Of a stretch of 45,767 bases of DNA, positions 1-7,788 are shown in pieces; the first letter of the stretch is position 1; every line of letters begins with the position of its first letter. Both the position numbers and the translations under genes were made by a program. A model generated the notes under the pieces. That model did no database searches, was not told where the DNA came from, and saw only the letters and a program-made list of their open reading frames with translations. This DNA is from Conexivisphaerales archaeon (lineage in GTDB: Archaea > Thermoproteota > Nitrososphaeria > Conexivisphaerales > DTJL01), in NCBI GenBank assembly GCA_049509455.1, contig JBEKZX010000011.1, positions 1 to 45,767 of the forward strand, given 5' to 3'.

Positions 1-250
1 TATGCTCTCCACGCCTCACGCGCCGGAGCGAATCGCCGCCGTCCGCCGCAGGAAGACTGCATTCTGGTTCCCTCTGAAGCTAATCCCATCTTTTCCAGTA
101 GCAACAGATATCCGAAAGTACCAGTCTATCCCCGTTTGGCGGTCCGGCCATGTCCTGCATTACTGATTCATCGATGACGATGAAATAGCGGGGTTCTTCG
201 ATGAACTCCCGAAGAGCTGGTGACCGAACGACTCGGTACCGTTTGCCGGA

Positions 251-622
251 TTACTTGATGTTCGCCCGTTGAGCTAGCTTCACTATCAGGAAGATGACCA
301 AAGCCACGATGATGAAGGTCAGGACGCTATTGGCAAAGTCGCCGATGCCGAACGGGCCAGCCATGTATGTGTTGATGTTGGTGCCTTTCGGGAGAGCATA
401 CGATACGATGGGCATTACCAAGTCGGTAACCAGGGACTTGACCAGGGCTCCAAGGTAGACGCCGAGGATGAATGCAACCGCCAGTCCCAGCACCTTGTAG
501 TCTTCCAGGAAGGTCTTGAACTCATTCAGGAACCCCTTCTTGGGAGTAGGTGCAGGAGCAGGCGTGAGCAGCTTCCGAATCTCTCGAAGTTCCGCCAGGA
601 TATCGTCATCTGAAGCAGGCAT
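251..622 (-). CDS. mscL: Large-conductance mechanosensitive channel
   Basis: EFKTFL..VLGLAVAFILG..LVKSLVTDLVMP and FANSVLTFIIVALVIF motifs. Confidence 0.9.
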   Translation of the reverse strand: MPASDDDILAELREIRKLLTPAPAPTPKKGFLNEFKTFLEDYKVLGLAVAFILGVYLGALVKSLVTDLVMPIVSYALPKGTNINTYMAGPFGIGDFANSVLTFIIVALVIFLIVKLAQRANIK

Positions 623-673
623 AATATCATATCACAAAAGCTTCGGGCGGCTATAAATACATTCTTCCTCATG

Positions 674-847
674 GGCTTTGGCACATTACTTGAGTGTAGC
701 TGGCATTCTTGCGATTATCGATAGGTTGTGCGTAATCACCTTCAGCCTGAGCTCGTTCTTCTGACCTCTCCTCTTCTTCGAGTAGAGCGTGTGCCTGAAC
801 CTCCTCTTGACTGTCGATACGGCTGTCTCCGTTAGACTCCTTCGATG
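674..847 (-). mobile_element. IS5-family (IS903-like) remnant: transposase C-terminus plus right end
   Basis: HRRSLTETAVSTVKRRF..QKNELRLKVITHNL resembles the IS5 DDE C-terminal motif; GGCTTTG at 674-680 resembles the start of the IS903 terminal repeat. Confidence 0.6.
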
Positions 848-1024
848 GCACCTCTTCAGGGAGCTGGAAGCGATCCTGTCGAACTTGAGGCCCACGCCGT
901 CGAGCCTCTTGCACACCCCCGCCACTTCCCTCATGGCTTCCGAGGTCAAGGGACGCTCGGCACCCAATCCCTCCATCGGGATCGTCTTGCCGGCCTCCCC
1001 ATGCCTTAGAATGAAGATGCCCAC
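848..1024 (-). pseudogene. sixA: Truncated SixA-like histidine phosphatase, fused in frame to the transposase fragment
   Basis: GTG start, IFILRHGEA (RHG motif) and FDRIASSSLKRC; homology stops after about 59 aa. Confidence 0.75.
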
Positions 1025-1082
1025 GAGACCACTTGGCGTTAATTGAGAGCAGGCCGAGTTCCAGTAATCTAGCGACGTGTGG

Positions 1083-2582
1083 TCACGCATCGAAGTATAG
1101 GTAGAACTCGTATGGATGGGGCCTGATGCTTATCGCCCTATGGTCCCTCAGCTCTCTCTCGACGATGTCGTCCAGTACCTCCCTGGGGAAGATGGGCCTC
1201 AGGTACTCGGAATCACTGAGCATGGCCTCCGTTGCCTCTACGAGGCTTCCCGGCAACTGCTTGATGCCGAGCTCCCTGCGCTTCTCGGGCGAGAGATCGT
1301 AGATATTCCCGTCGACCGGATCGCCGCAGTCGAGCTTCTTCACGATGCCGTCGAGCCCCGCTGCTAGGATGGCCGACTCGGCGAGATAGGCGTTGCAGCT
1401 CGAGTCGGGCGTCCTGAACTCGACCCTCTTCGACTTCGGGTCCTTAGTAGTGTATGTAGGTATCATGACGTTGGCGCTCCTGTTGCTCCGGCTCCACGCG
1501 ATGTAGACCGGAGCTTCGTAGCCCGGAACCAGCCTGTGATATGAGTTGGTCGTGGGATTCGTGATGGCCGTGAGGCTCCTGCTATGGTTCAGGAGGCCCC
1601 CCATGAAGTAGCGGGCGGTCTGGCTCACTTCCGCATAGCTCTCCGACTCGTCGTAGAACGTGTTCTCGTCGCCGGCATCCGAAAGATGTGCCGCATCGCC
1701 CGCGCCGCCGCTCTTTCTCCAGAGGCTGACGTGGACGTGCATGCCCGATCCGTTGTCCATGGCGATGGGCTTGGGCATGGCGGTGACAATCTTCCCCCTG
1801 CTGGCCGCGACGTTCTTGGCGACGTACTTGACCGTCGAGATGTTGTCCGCCATCGCCGTCAGAGTATCGCGCCTGACGTTGAACTCAACCTGGCCTGCCG
1901 TGGCGACCTCATGGTGGTGCGCCTCGACGGGCACGTGGAAGTCATGCGCTAGGTAGAGGCTCGTCTCGTTCCTGAACTCCTGGAGGGTGTCTTGGGGGGA
2001 GGTCGGGTGATATCCTTCCTTGAAGCGGATGGGATAGCCGTCACCCTGGTTCCAGGCGGCCTCCTTCGACTCTATGGCGTAGGACTGTCCGCGATAGGGG
2101 TCGAGGACGTCCCAGGTAACCCTGTCCAGCACGAACACCTCAAGCTCAGGACCCCAGAGGCCGTAGCTGAACCCCTTGTCCTGGGTGTACTTCTCGGCTG
2201 TCTGCGCAATGGCGCGAGGGTCCTTCGAGTACCTCCCGCGACGACGGTTCATATACACGTCTCCGATCATCCTGGCCATCTTCTGCTCCGGCGGTGACCA
2301 AGGGATGATGGCGTAAGTGTCCGTGTCGGGCTTGAGCATCATATCGGAGTCTCCAATCCCGGTGTAACCCCTGATGCTAGACCCGTCGATCTTGGGGTAG
2401 CCTTCCTCGATGTTCTCTTCCGTTATGTGGTATGACGGCACGGTGATGTGGTTGATCCTCCCAGGAAGGTCAATGAACTGCAGGTCTACGAACTGAATGC
2501 CTGCCTTCTTGACCGCTTCGACGACCTCGGGGGCGCTCATCTTGAACGGAACGAATTTGTTTCCATCTATCTTGAATGGCAT
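1083..2582 (-). CDS. glnA: Glutamine synthetase type I
   Basis: DGSSIRG, HHHEVATAGQ, PKPIAMDNGSGMHVH, LVPGYEAP, RVEFRTPD motifs. Confidence 0.97.
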   Translation of the reverse strand: MPFKIDGNKFVPFKMSAPEVVEAVKKAGIQFVDLQFIDLPGRINHITVPSYHITEENIEEGYPKIDGSSIRGYTGIGDSDMMLKPDTDTYAIIPWSPPEQKMARMIGDVYMNRRRGRYSKDPRAIAQTAEKYTQDKGFSYGLWGPELEVFVLDRVTWDVLDPYRGQSYAIESKEAAWNQGDGYPIRFKEGYHPTSPQDTLQEFRNETSLYLAHDFHVPVEAHHHEVATAGQVEFNVRRDTLTAMADNISTVKYVAKNVAASRGKIVTAMPKPIAMDNGSGMHVHVSLWRKSGGAGDAAHLSDAGDENTFYDESESYAEVSQTARYFMGGLLNHSRSLTAITNPTTNSYHRLVPGYEAPVYIAWSRSNRSANVMIPTYTTKDPKSKRVEFRTPDSSCNAYLAESAILAAGLDGIVKKLDCGDPVDGNIYDLSPEKRRELGIKQLPGSLVEATEAMLSDSEYLRPIFPREVLDDIVERELRDHRAISIRPHPYEFYLYFDA

Positions 2583-2763
2583 GGTCTGGTCGACCTGTTT
2601 CTTGAATGCAGCCTTATCTTCCTAGTCAAATATAAGGTTAGCCAGTCATTCGGTAGACGCTTGACCATCAGAACGCTCTATGATAGCACATGTGTCTAGA
2701 AGCGCCACGGCCTCGCGGGCCCAAAGTGTATGTTTGTGCATTGACTCCTCCCCCCTAGTTTCT

Positions 2764-3219
2764 TCAAAGGAGGCGGAAGTCTTCCTTTACGGTAGTAAGC
2801 ACCACGTGGGTGTTGGTCCTTTCGGCGTGCGGAAGAGAGAGAAGTTTCTTAGTGAAACCGCTCAGATCCTCCCTCGACTTGAACTTGGCTATAATGAACA
2901 TGTCGGTCAGTCCGGTGGCGTCGTAGACGGCGCAGACCATGGGCCACTGGGCGATCTCCTTCTCCGTCTCAAGTAGCTTGCCTTTGGAAACGGTCATCTC
3001 GGTGACGACGGTCATCGTGTATCCCAGCTTCTCTTGGTCTAAGACCGCCGAATATCCCTTAATGACGCCTGCCCTCTCCAGCTTCTTCGTCCTCGAGAGA
3101 ACCGTCCCCACGGCAAGGCTGAGCCTCTCCGCCACCTTCCTATAGCTAAGGCGCGCGTCGCGCAGGTACTCCCTGAGTATCCGCATGTCTAGCTCGTCCA
3201 TCTCCGCCTGATTATCCAT
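2764..3219 (-). CDS. Lrp/AsnC family transcriptional regulator
   Basis: N-terminal HTH (DELDMRIL..DARLSYRKVAERL) plus RAM domain. Confidence 0.92.
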   Translation of the reverse strand: MDNQAEMDELDMRILREYLRDARLSYRKVAERLSLAVGTVLSRTKKLERAGVIKGYSAVLDQEKLGYTMTVVTEMTVSKGKLLETEKEIAQWPMVCAVYDATGLTDMFIIAKFKSREDLSGFTKKLLSLPHAERTNTHVVLTTVKEDFRLL

Positions 3220-3382
3220 GCAAAAGAAAGGCCCCGAACTGAGTATTTATTCATTGTTCGCCCCTTCCAGATGGAGGCGGGCCAGCGAGCTCTGGGCTGG
3301 ACCGCACACCTTTCACTCGCTTGGTGAAACAGAAGATTTAGATAGCTCAGGCCTAAATGCCCAAAAACAGTAGAAGCGAAGG

Positions 3383-4339
3383 TTGAGCGAAGATCATCCA
3401 TATGACAAGGCCGTCACCGAGGCCGTCGACAAGGTCCTCCCCAGCGTAGTCACTATCTCAACCATGCAGGTTGTCGAAGACCTGTTCCGGGTCCACCCCG
3501 TGCAGGGGATGGGCAGCGGCGTCGTCGTCCACCCCGAGGGGTTCATAGCGACCAACAACCACGTGGTCGTCAACTCCCGTGAGTTGACGATCATGACGAC
3601 CGGCGGCAAGCAAATCGGGGCCATAGTAGTGGGGGTCGACCCCTCCACCGACGTGGCCGTCGTCAAGGTCGAGGACAAGAACCTCCCAGTCGCGGAGATC
3701 GCCGACTCCGAAGAGCTCAAGATCGGCCAGACGGTGCTGGCCATCGGTAACCCCTTCGGTTTCTTCCTAGGCGGCCCCACCGTCACGAGAGGCGTCGTGA
3801 GCGCCGTGCACAGGGACATCAGCCTCGGAGAGAACATCTTCGAGGACCTGATCCAGACGGACGCGGCCATCAACCCTGGGAACAGCGGCGGCCCCCTTGT
3901 GGACCTCCACGGCCACGTGGTGGGCCTCAATACTGCCATGATCCCCTACGCCCAGGGAATCGGCTTCGCCGTGCCCGCGACGATAGTAAAGAAGGCCGTG
4001 GATGACCTCATTCTCTATGGGAAGGGCATGAGGACCTGGCTAGGGATCGCCGGCTTCACCGTCGACAAGAACGTCGCCGCGCACTACAGGTTGCAGGTGA
4101 ATGAAGGTGTGGCGGTGGCAGGCGTGGCGAAAGGAGGTCCAGCCAACAGGGCGGGGGTAAGCCCCGGAGACGTCATAACGGGCCTGGACTCGAACCAGAT
4201 AAGGACGATCAAGGAGCTGAGAAAGTACGTCAGGTCTCGCAAGCCAGGCGACGAGCTGCTCATCGAGCTGTTGAGGAACTCGAGGAAGTACCAGGTGAAG
4301 GCGGTTCTTTCTCAAGAATGGGCGCCCTCCTCCCGCTAA
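3383..4339 (+). CDS. htrA: HtrA/DegP-like serine protease with PDZ domain
   Basis: TNNHVV, DVAVVK, QTDAAINPGNSGGPL triad motifs; C-terminal PDZ. Confidence 0.92.
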   Translation: MSEDHPYDKAVTEAVDKVLPSVVTISTMQVVEDLFRVHPVQGMGSGVVVHPEGFIATNNHVVVNSRELTIMTTGGKQIGAIVVGVDPSTDVAVVKVEDKNLPVAEIADSEELKIGQTVLAIGNPFGFFLGGPTVTRGVVSAVHRDISLGENIFEDLIQTDAAINPGNSGGPLVDLHGHVVGLNTAMIPYAQGIGFAVPATIVKKAVDDLILYGKGMRTWLGIAGFTVDKNVAAHYRLQVNEGVAVAGVAKGGPANRAGVSPGDVITGLDSNQIRTIKELRKYVRSRKPGDELLIELLRNSRKYQVKAVLSQEWAPSSR

Positions 4340-4388
4340 GGAGAAGAGAATTCAGATTGGAAGAAATGGGAAGACGAGGCCTGACCGT

Positions 4389-4575
4389 CTAGGGGACGAC
4401 CCAGTTCTGGCCGGCTCTTCGCTTGAGGTCAAAACGCTTCCTGTACTTCTCCCTCATGTTCCTCTTTGGAATGTTAGAGACCCTAACCCTGCCCTGTAAC
4501 TTGGGTGTCTGACTGCGGACTGACAGGTGCCATGTGGCAATTCCCGGCCTTGGTCAGCGACCCGTGCGTTGGCAA
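4389..4575 (-). CDS. rps30e: 30S ribosomal protein S30e; two exons (4541-4575 and 4389-4521)
   Basis: TTG start gives MPTHGSLTKAG; another frame gives VRSQTPKLQGR..KRFDLKRRAGQNWVVP*; removing 4522-4540 leaves 168 nt encoding 55 aa with GSLTKAGKVRSQTPK restored. Confidence 0.93.
4522..4540 (-). other. Putative 19-nt bulge-helix-bulge (BHB) intron in rps30e mRNA
   Basis: GGC/GUC exon helix, CGGG/CCUG 4-bp central helix, 3-nt bulges AAU and UCA, UGCC/GGCA intron stem; predicted cuts restore the reading frame. Confidence 0.85.
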
Positions 4576-4582
4576 CTCCTTT

Positions 4583-4621
4583 ACCTCCTTTACGAATTGC
4601 GTGATTCAGGCCACTATATAA
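4583..4621 (-). promoter_or_regulatory. TATA-like box and Shine-Dalgarno site of rps30e
   Basis: TTATATA (4615-4621) and AAGGAGGT (4583-4590) upstream of the TTG at 4575. Confidence 0.65.
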
Positions 4622-4793
4622 TTCTAGCTCTCCAAGTCGGTCGAACAAGCCCAGCAAGACGGGCCAGGCTTCAGATGGCAGACGGCCAGCACGATGGGCT
4701 GCGTAGCCCTCGAGATGGACGCCCCGTTGGAGGCTGCTGAAGGGCCCTTGACAAGGTTTTAAACGAGTCCGGGGCTACCATGGAAGGGGCTAG

Positions 4794-6068
4794 ATGTATC
4801 GTTTGAAAGCTAGGCTCTTCCTGTGCGAGGCCGGGCTGGCTCTCCTTGACGAGAAGGGCGAGCCGCTCGCCGCAGCGAGGTTCCAAGACGACCTCTACCG
4901 GAAGTTCAAGACACTGAGCGTCGGCCTGAGTGTCGAAGAGTTCGATACGATTATGGACTCCGCAAAATCCAAGGGCGTCCAAGACCTGGTGGTCCCGTAC
5001 CCTGAGTTGGGTCCTCTGGCCGAGGAGAAGGGCTTCAAGGTCACCATAAAAGCCGAAGACCGAGAGAACCTGGAGAGCATCAAGGACATGGTCATGGTGA
5101 AGTCCGGGCTGGCCTACAGCGCCGAGGAGGTGCTTGAGATAATCAGGGAGTTCGCCGTTCGGGACAGCGAAGAGAAGATCCGCGAAGCCGCGGCCCATCC
5201 CGACCTGCAGATAGTCCAGTCCATCAACAGCGTGGACGAGCTGGACAAGATATCCAACCTTGAAGCCATGAGAGTGAGAGAGTGGTATGGCCTCCACTTC
5301 CCGGAACTGGACGGCCTGGTCCAAGACCCCATGGCGTACTGCAGGATCGTCGCCGACGTGGGGCTCAGGTCCAACTGCACTGCGGAGAAGCTCCAGCCCA
5401 CGGGCTTCAGCGAAGCGAAGATCTCCGCCATCCTGGAGGCCGCCGACAAGTCCAAAGGCGGAGAGCTGCGCCCCGAAGACCTTGATGCACTGCTGCTCCT
5501 GGCCGCAGAGGCCGTCTCCACGGGGAAGCTCAGGGACAAGATGCTCCGCCACGTCGAGAGGAACATGGCCAAGCTCTGCCCCAACCTCACCGTAATGGCG
5601 GGAGCGGGGATTGGCGCACGGCTCATAGCCAAGGCGGGGAGCCTCAAGCGCATGGCCGAAATGCCGGCCTCGACCGTGCAGGTCTTGGGCGCCGAGAAGG
5701 CCCTGTTCAGGGCCCTCAAGACGGGCGGGAGGCCCCCCAAGCACGGCATCATATTCCAACATCCCGCCATCCATGCCGCACCCATCTGGCAGAGAGGGAA
5801 GGTGGCCCGTCTCCTGGGCGCGAAGCTTGTGCTCGCCGCCAGGATCGACTACTACTCCGGCAAGCTAAACCAGCAACTCGTCGATAAGATGAATGCAAAG
5901 CTCGAGGAGATCAAGAAGAAGTACCCTGAGCCAAAGCCCGGACAGCCCAGAAAGGAGCAGGAGCAGAGGGGCGACCGGAGGGGCTACAGGGAGAAGAGGG
6001 ACCATCGCAACCGCGGCGGCTTCAGCGGAAGAGGAAGGGATGACTCTAGAGCCGGACGCGGACGCTGA
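4794..6068 (+). CDS. nop5: Box C/D sRNP scaffold protein Nop5 (Nop56/58)
   Basis: EWYGLHFPEL, QVLGAEKALFRAL..PPKHGIIFQHP, ARIDYY motifs. Confidence 0.96.
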   Translation: MYRLKARLFLCEAGLALLDEKGEPLAAARFQDDLYRKFKTLSVGLSVEEFDTIMDSAKSKGVQDLVVPYPELGPLAEEKGFKVTIKAEDRENLESIKDMVMVKSGLAYSAEEVLEIIREFAVRDSEEKIREAAAHPDLQIVQSINSVDELDKISNLEAMRVREWYGLHFPELDGLVQDPMAYCRIVADVGLRSNCTAEKLQPTGFSEAKISAILEAADKSKGGELRPEDLDALLLLAAEAVSTGKLRDKMLRHVERNMAKLCPNLTVMAGAGIGARLIAKAGSLKRMAEMPASTVQVLGAEKALFRALKTGGRPPKHGIIFQHPAIHAAPIWQRGKVARLLGAKLVLAARIDYYSGKLNQQLVDKMNAKLEEIKKKYPEPKPGQPRKEQEQRGDRRGYREKRDHRNRGGFSGRGRDDSRAGRGR

Positions 6069-6723
6069 AGGCCTCTACTGGGCCCAGCTCAGAGAGAAGC
6101 GTTGGCCCGCCACCCTCAGCTTGGCACCGGGGAGGTCCGTCTACGGAGAGCTGGTGCTAAAGGGCAAGGGAAAAGAGTTCCGCGTCTGGGATCCCTTCAG
6201 GAGCAAGCTGTCGGCGGCCCTACTGAAGGGCCTTGAGCTGATGCCCATCCGCAAGGGCTCCAGGGTCCTCTACCTCGGCGCCTCTACGGGGACAACGGTC
6301 AGCCACGTATCCGACATAGTGGGCGACGGCGGCTTCGTCTTCGCCGTGGAGTTGGCCCACAGGGTAGCCAGAGAGCTCCTGGAGAACGTGGTCAGGTACA
6401 GGAAGAACGTGGTGCCGATAATCGAAGACGCCCGCAACGTCGACGCCTACAAGGTCGTTTACGGCCGGGTGGACGTAGTGTATTGCGACATCGCCCAGCC
6501 GGACCAGACCTCAATCGCGCTGATCAACTGCCGGAGGTACCTGAAGAAGGGCCACCTCCTCCTCGTGGTCAAGGCGAGGAGCATAGATTCGACGCGAGAC
6601 CCGTCTCAAATCGTCCAAGAGGAGGCTCAGAAGGTGCGAGAGGGCGGCCTTGAAGTCCTGCAGACCATGGAGTTGGACCCCTTCGACAAAGACCACGGGA
6701 TGATCCTCGCGGTTACGCGCTGA
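6040..6723 (+). CDS. flpA: Fibrillarin-like rRNA/tRNA 2'-O-methyltransferase
   Basis: RVWDPFRSKL, VLYLGASTGTTVSHVSD, YCDIAQPDQ; likely ATG at 6040 (track ORF starts at 5893). Confidence 0.96.
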   Translation: MTLEPDADAEGLYWAQLREKRWPATLSLAPGRSVYGELVLKGKGKEFRVWDPFRSKLSAALLKGLELMPIRKGSRVLYLGASTGTTVSHVSDIVGDGGFVFAVELAHRVARELLENVVRYRKNVVPIIEDARNVDAYKVVYGRVDVVYCDIAQPDQTSIALINCRRYLKKGHLLLVVKARSIDSTRDPSQIVQEEAQKVREGGLEVLQTMELDPFDKDHGMILAVTR

Positions 6724-7750
6724 GGTCGGCCTTCCGGTCGGTGGAGGTCGCCCTCCTCTTGGGGGTGTCCTCCGAGGGGTCGTCGACTCCCTTCTCGTTT
6801 ATGATGAAGACCACCTCCCTTTCGGGATGGTACGGCGAGTCCACCATGCGGGCGATCCTGCTCTTAGACGCCTTGCGCAGGTAGATCCTGTAGGTGCTTG
6901 TGTGCGCCACAACGTGGCCGCCGACGGCCCTGGTGGGGTCGCCGAAGAAAAAGTCGGGGGCCGCCTGCACTTGGTTTGTGACGACGACGGCTATGTTGTA
7001 TATCTCTGCTAAGCGAAGTATGGTGTGCATGAACTTGTTGAGCCTCTGCTGCCTCTCGGCCAGGGTCCCCCTGCCGAGGTACTCCGCCCTGAAGTGGGCG
7101 ACGGCGGAGTCGATGACCACTAGCTTTACCTTGGACTTCTCGATCAGGGATCCCAGCTCCCTCACGATTAGCTCCTGGTGGGCGCTGTTGTAGGCCTTCG
7201 CCACGATTATCCTGTCGAGGACGGAGGCCACGTCGAAGCCACGTGACTCGGCGATTTCGGCGATCCTCTCGGGCCTAAAGGTGCCTTCAGTGTCGACGTA
7301 GATGGCTCCCCCTTCGAGGCCCCCTTTATCACGCGTCTGCTGAACCATGACGGACAGCGTGTGGCATATCTGCGACTTGCCGCTCCCGAATTCACCATAG
7401 AATTCGGTGACTGCACCGGTCTCTATCCCTCCGGCCAGGAGGTCGTCAAGGTTCTTCGAGCCGCATCCGATGCGGTCTATGTTCTTCCTTCGAGTATAGA
7501 GCTCCTTGGCCGAAACGAAGTCCTTCTCTAGAAGGTTCAGCTCGATGAGCCTCGCCCTGGACTTATTGATGAGCTCGGCGGCCTTCGCGTTATCCCCGTT
7601 CAAGCAGTCGGCGACGTCACCCACGCCTCGGGCCGCGAGGTCCATGAGGCTGTAGATCCCTGCCTCGTGAAGCTTCTGCTTTGTTACGGGACCCACCCCC
7701 TCGAGCGTGTCGAGCTCGAGGTCCTCTTCGACAGCCATGGCTAATTCCAA
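6713..7750 (-). CDS. radA: DNA repair and recombination protein RadA
   Basis: N-terminal HhH, GEFGSGKSQ Walker A, FRAEYLGRGTLAERQQ, RIARMVDSP. Confidence 0.97.
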   Translation of the reverse strand: MELAMAVEEDLELDTLEGVGPVTKQKLHEAGIYSLMDLAARGVGDVADCLNGDNAKAAELINKSRARLIELNLLEKDFVSAKELYTRRKNIDRIGCGSKNLDDLLAGGIETGAVTEFYGEFGSGKSQICHTLSVMVQQTRDKGGLEGGAIYVDTEGTFRPERIAEIAESRGFDVASVLDRIIVAKAYNSAHQELIVRELGSLIEKSKVKLVVIDSAVAHFRAEYLGRGTLAERQQRLNKFMHTILRLAEIYNIAVVVTNQVQAAPDFFFGDPTRAVGGHVVAHTSTYRIYLRKASKSRIARMVDSPYHPEREVVFIINEKGVDDPSEDTPKRRATSTDRKADLSA

Positions 7751-7788
7751 GCCTCATAACGGCGTGGCGTTATTAAGGGTATAGTCCT

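Noticed and set aside
1-223. Possible gene tail on the plus strand (..VLHY*FIDDDEIAGFFDELPKSW*)
   Set aside because: Truncated by the window edge, with an internal stop and no recognisable family; it cannot be called.
1670-1712. In-frame ~12-aa insertion in GlnA (SGGAGDAAHLSDAGD) with a CAUC-UUUCG-GAUG hairpin, considered as a second BHB intron
   Set aside because: No 4-bp central helix with two 3-nt bulges can be built; the frame is intact, so this is more simply a loop extension.
4671-5774. Long antisense ORFs (also 7840-9120, 29611-30432, 27629-28312)
   Set aside because: They are shadows of well-supported genes on the opposite strand, as expected in GC-rich DNA.
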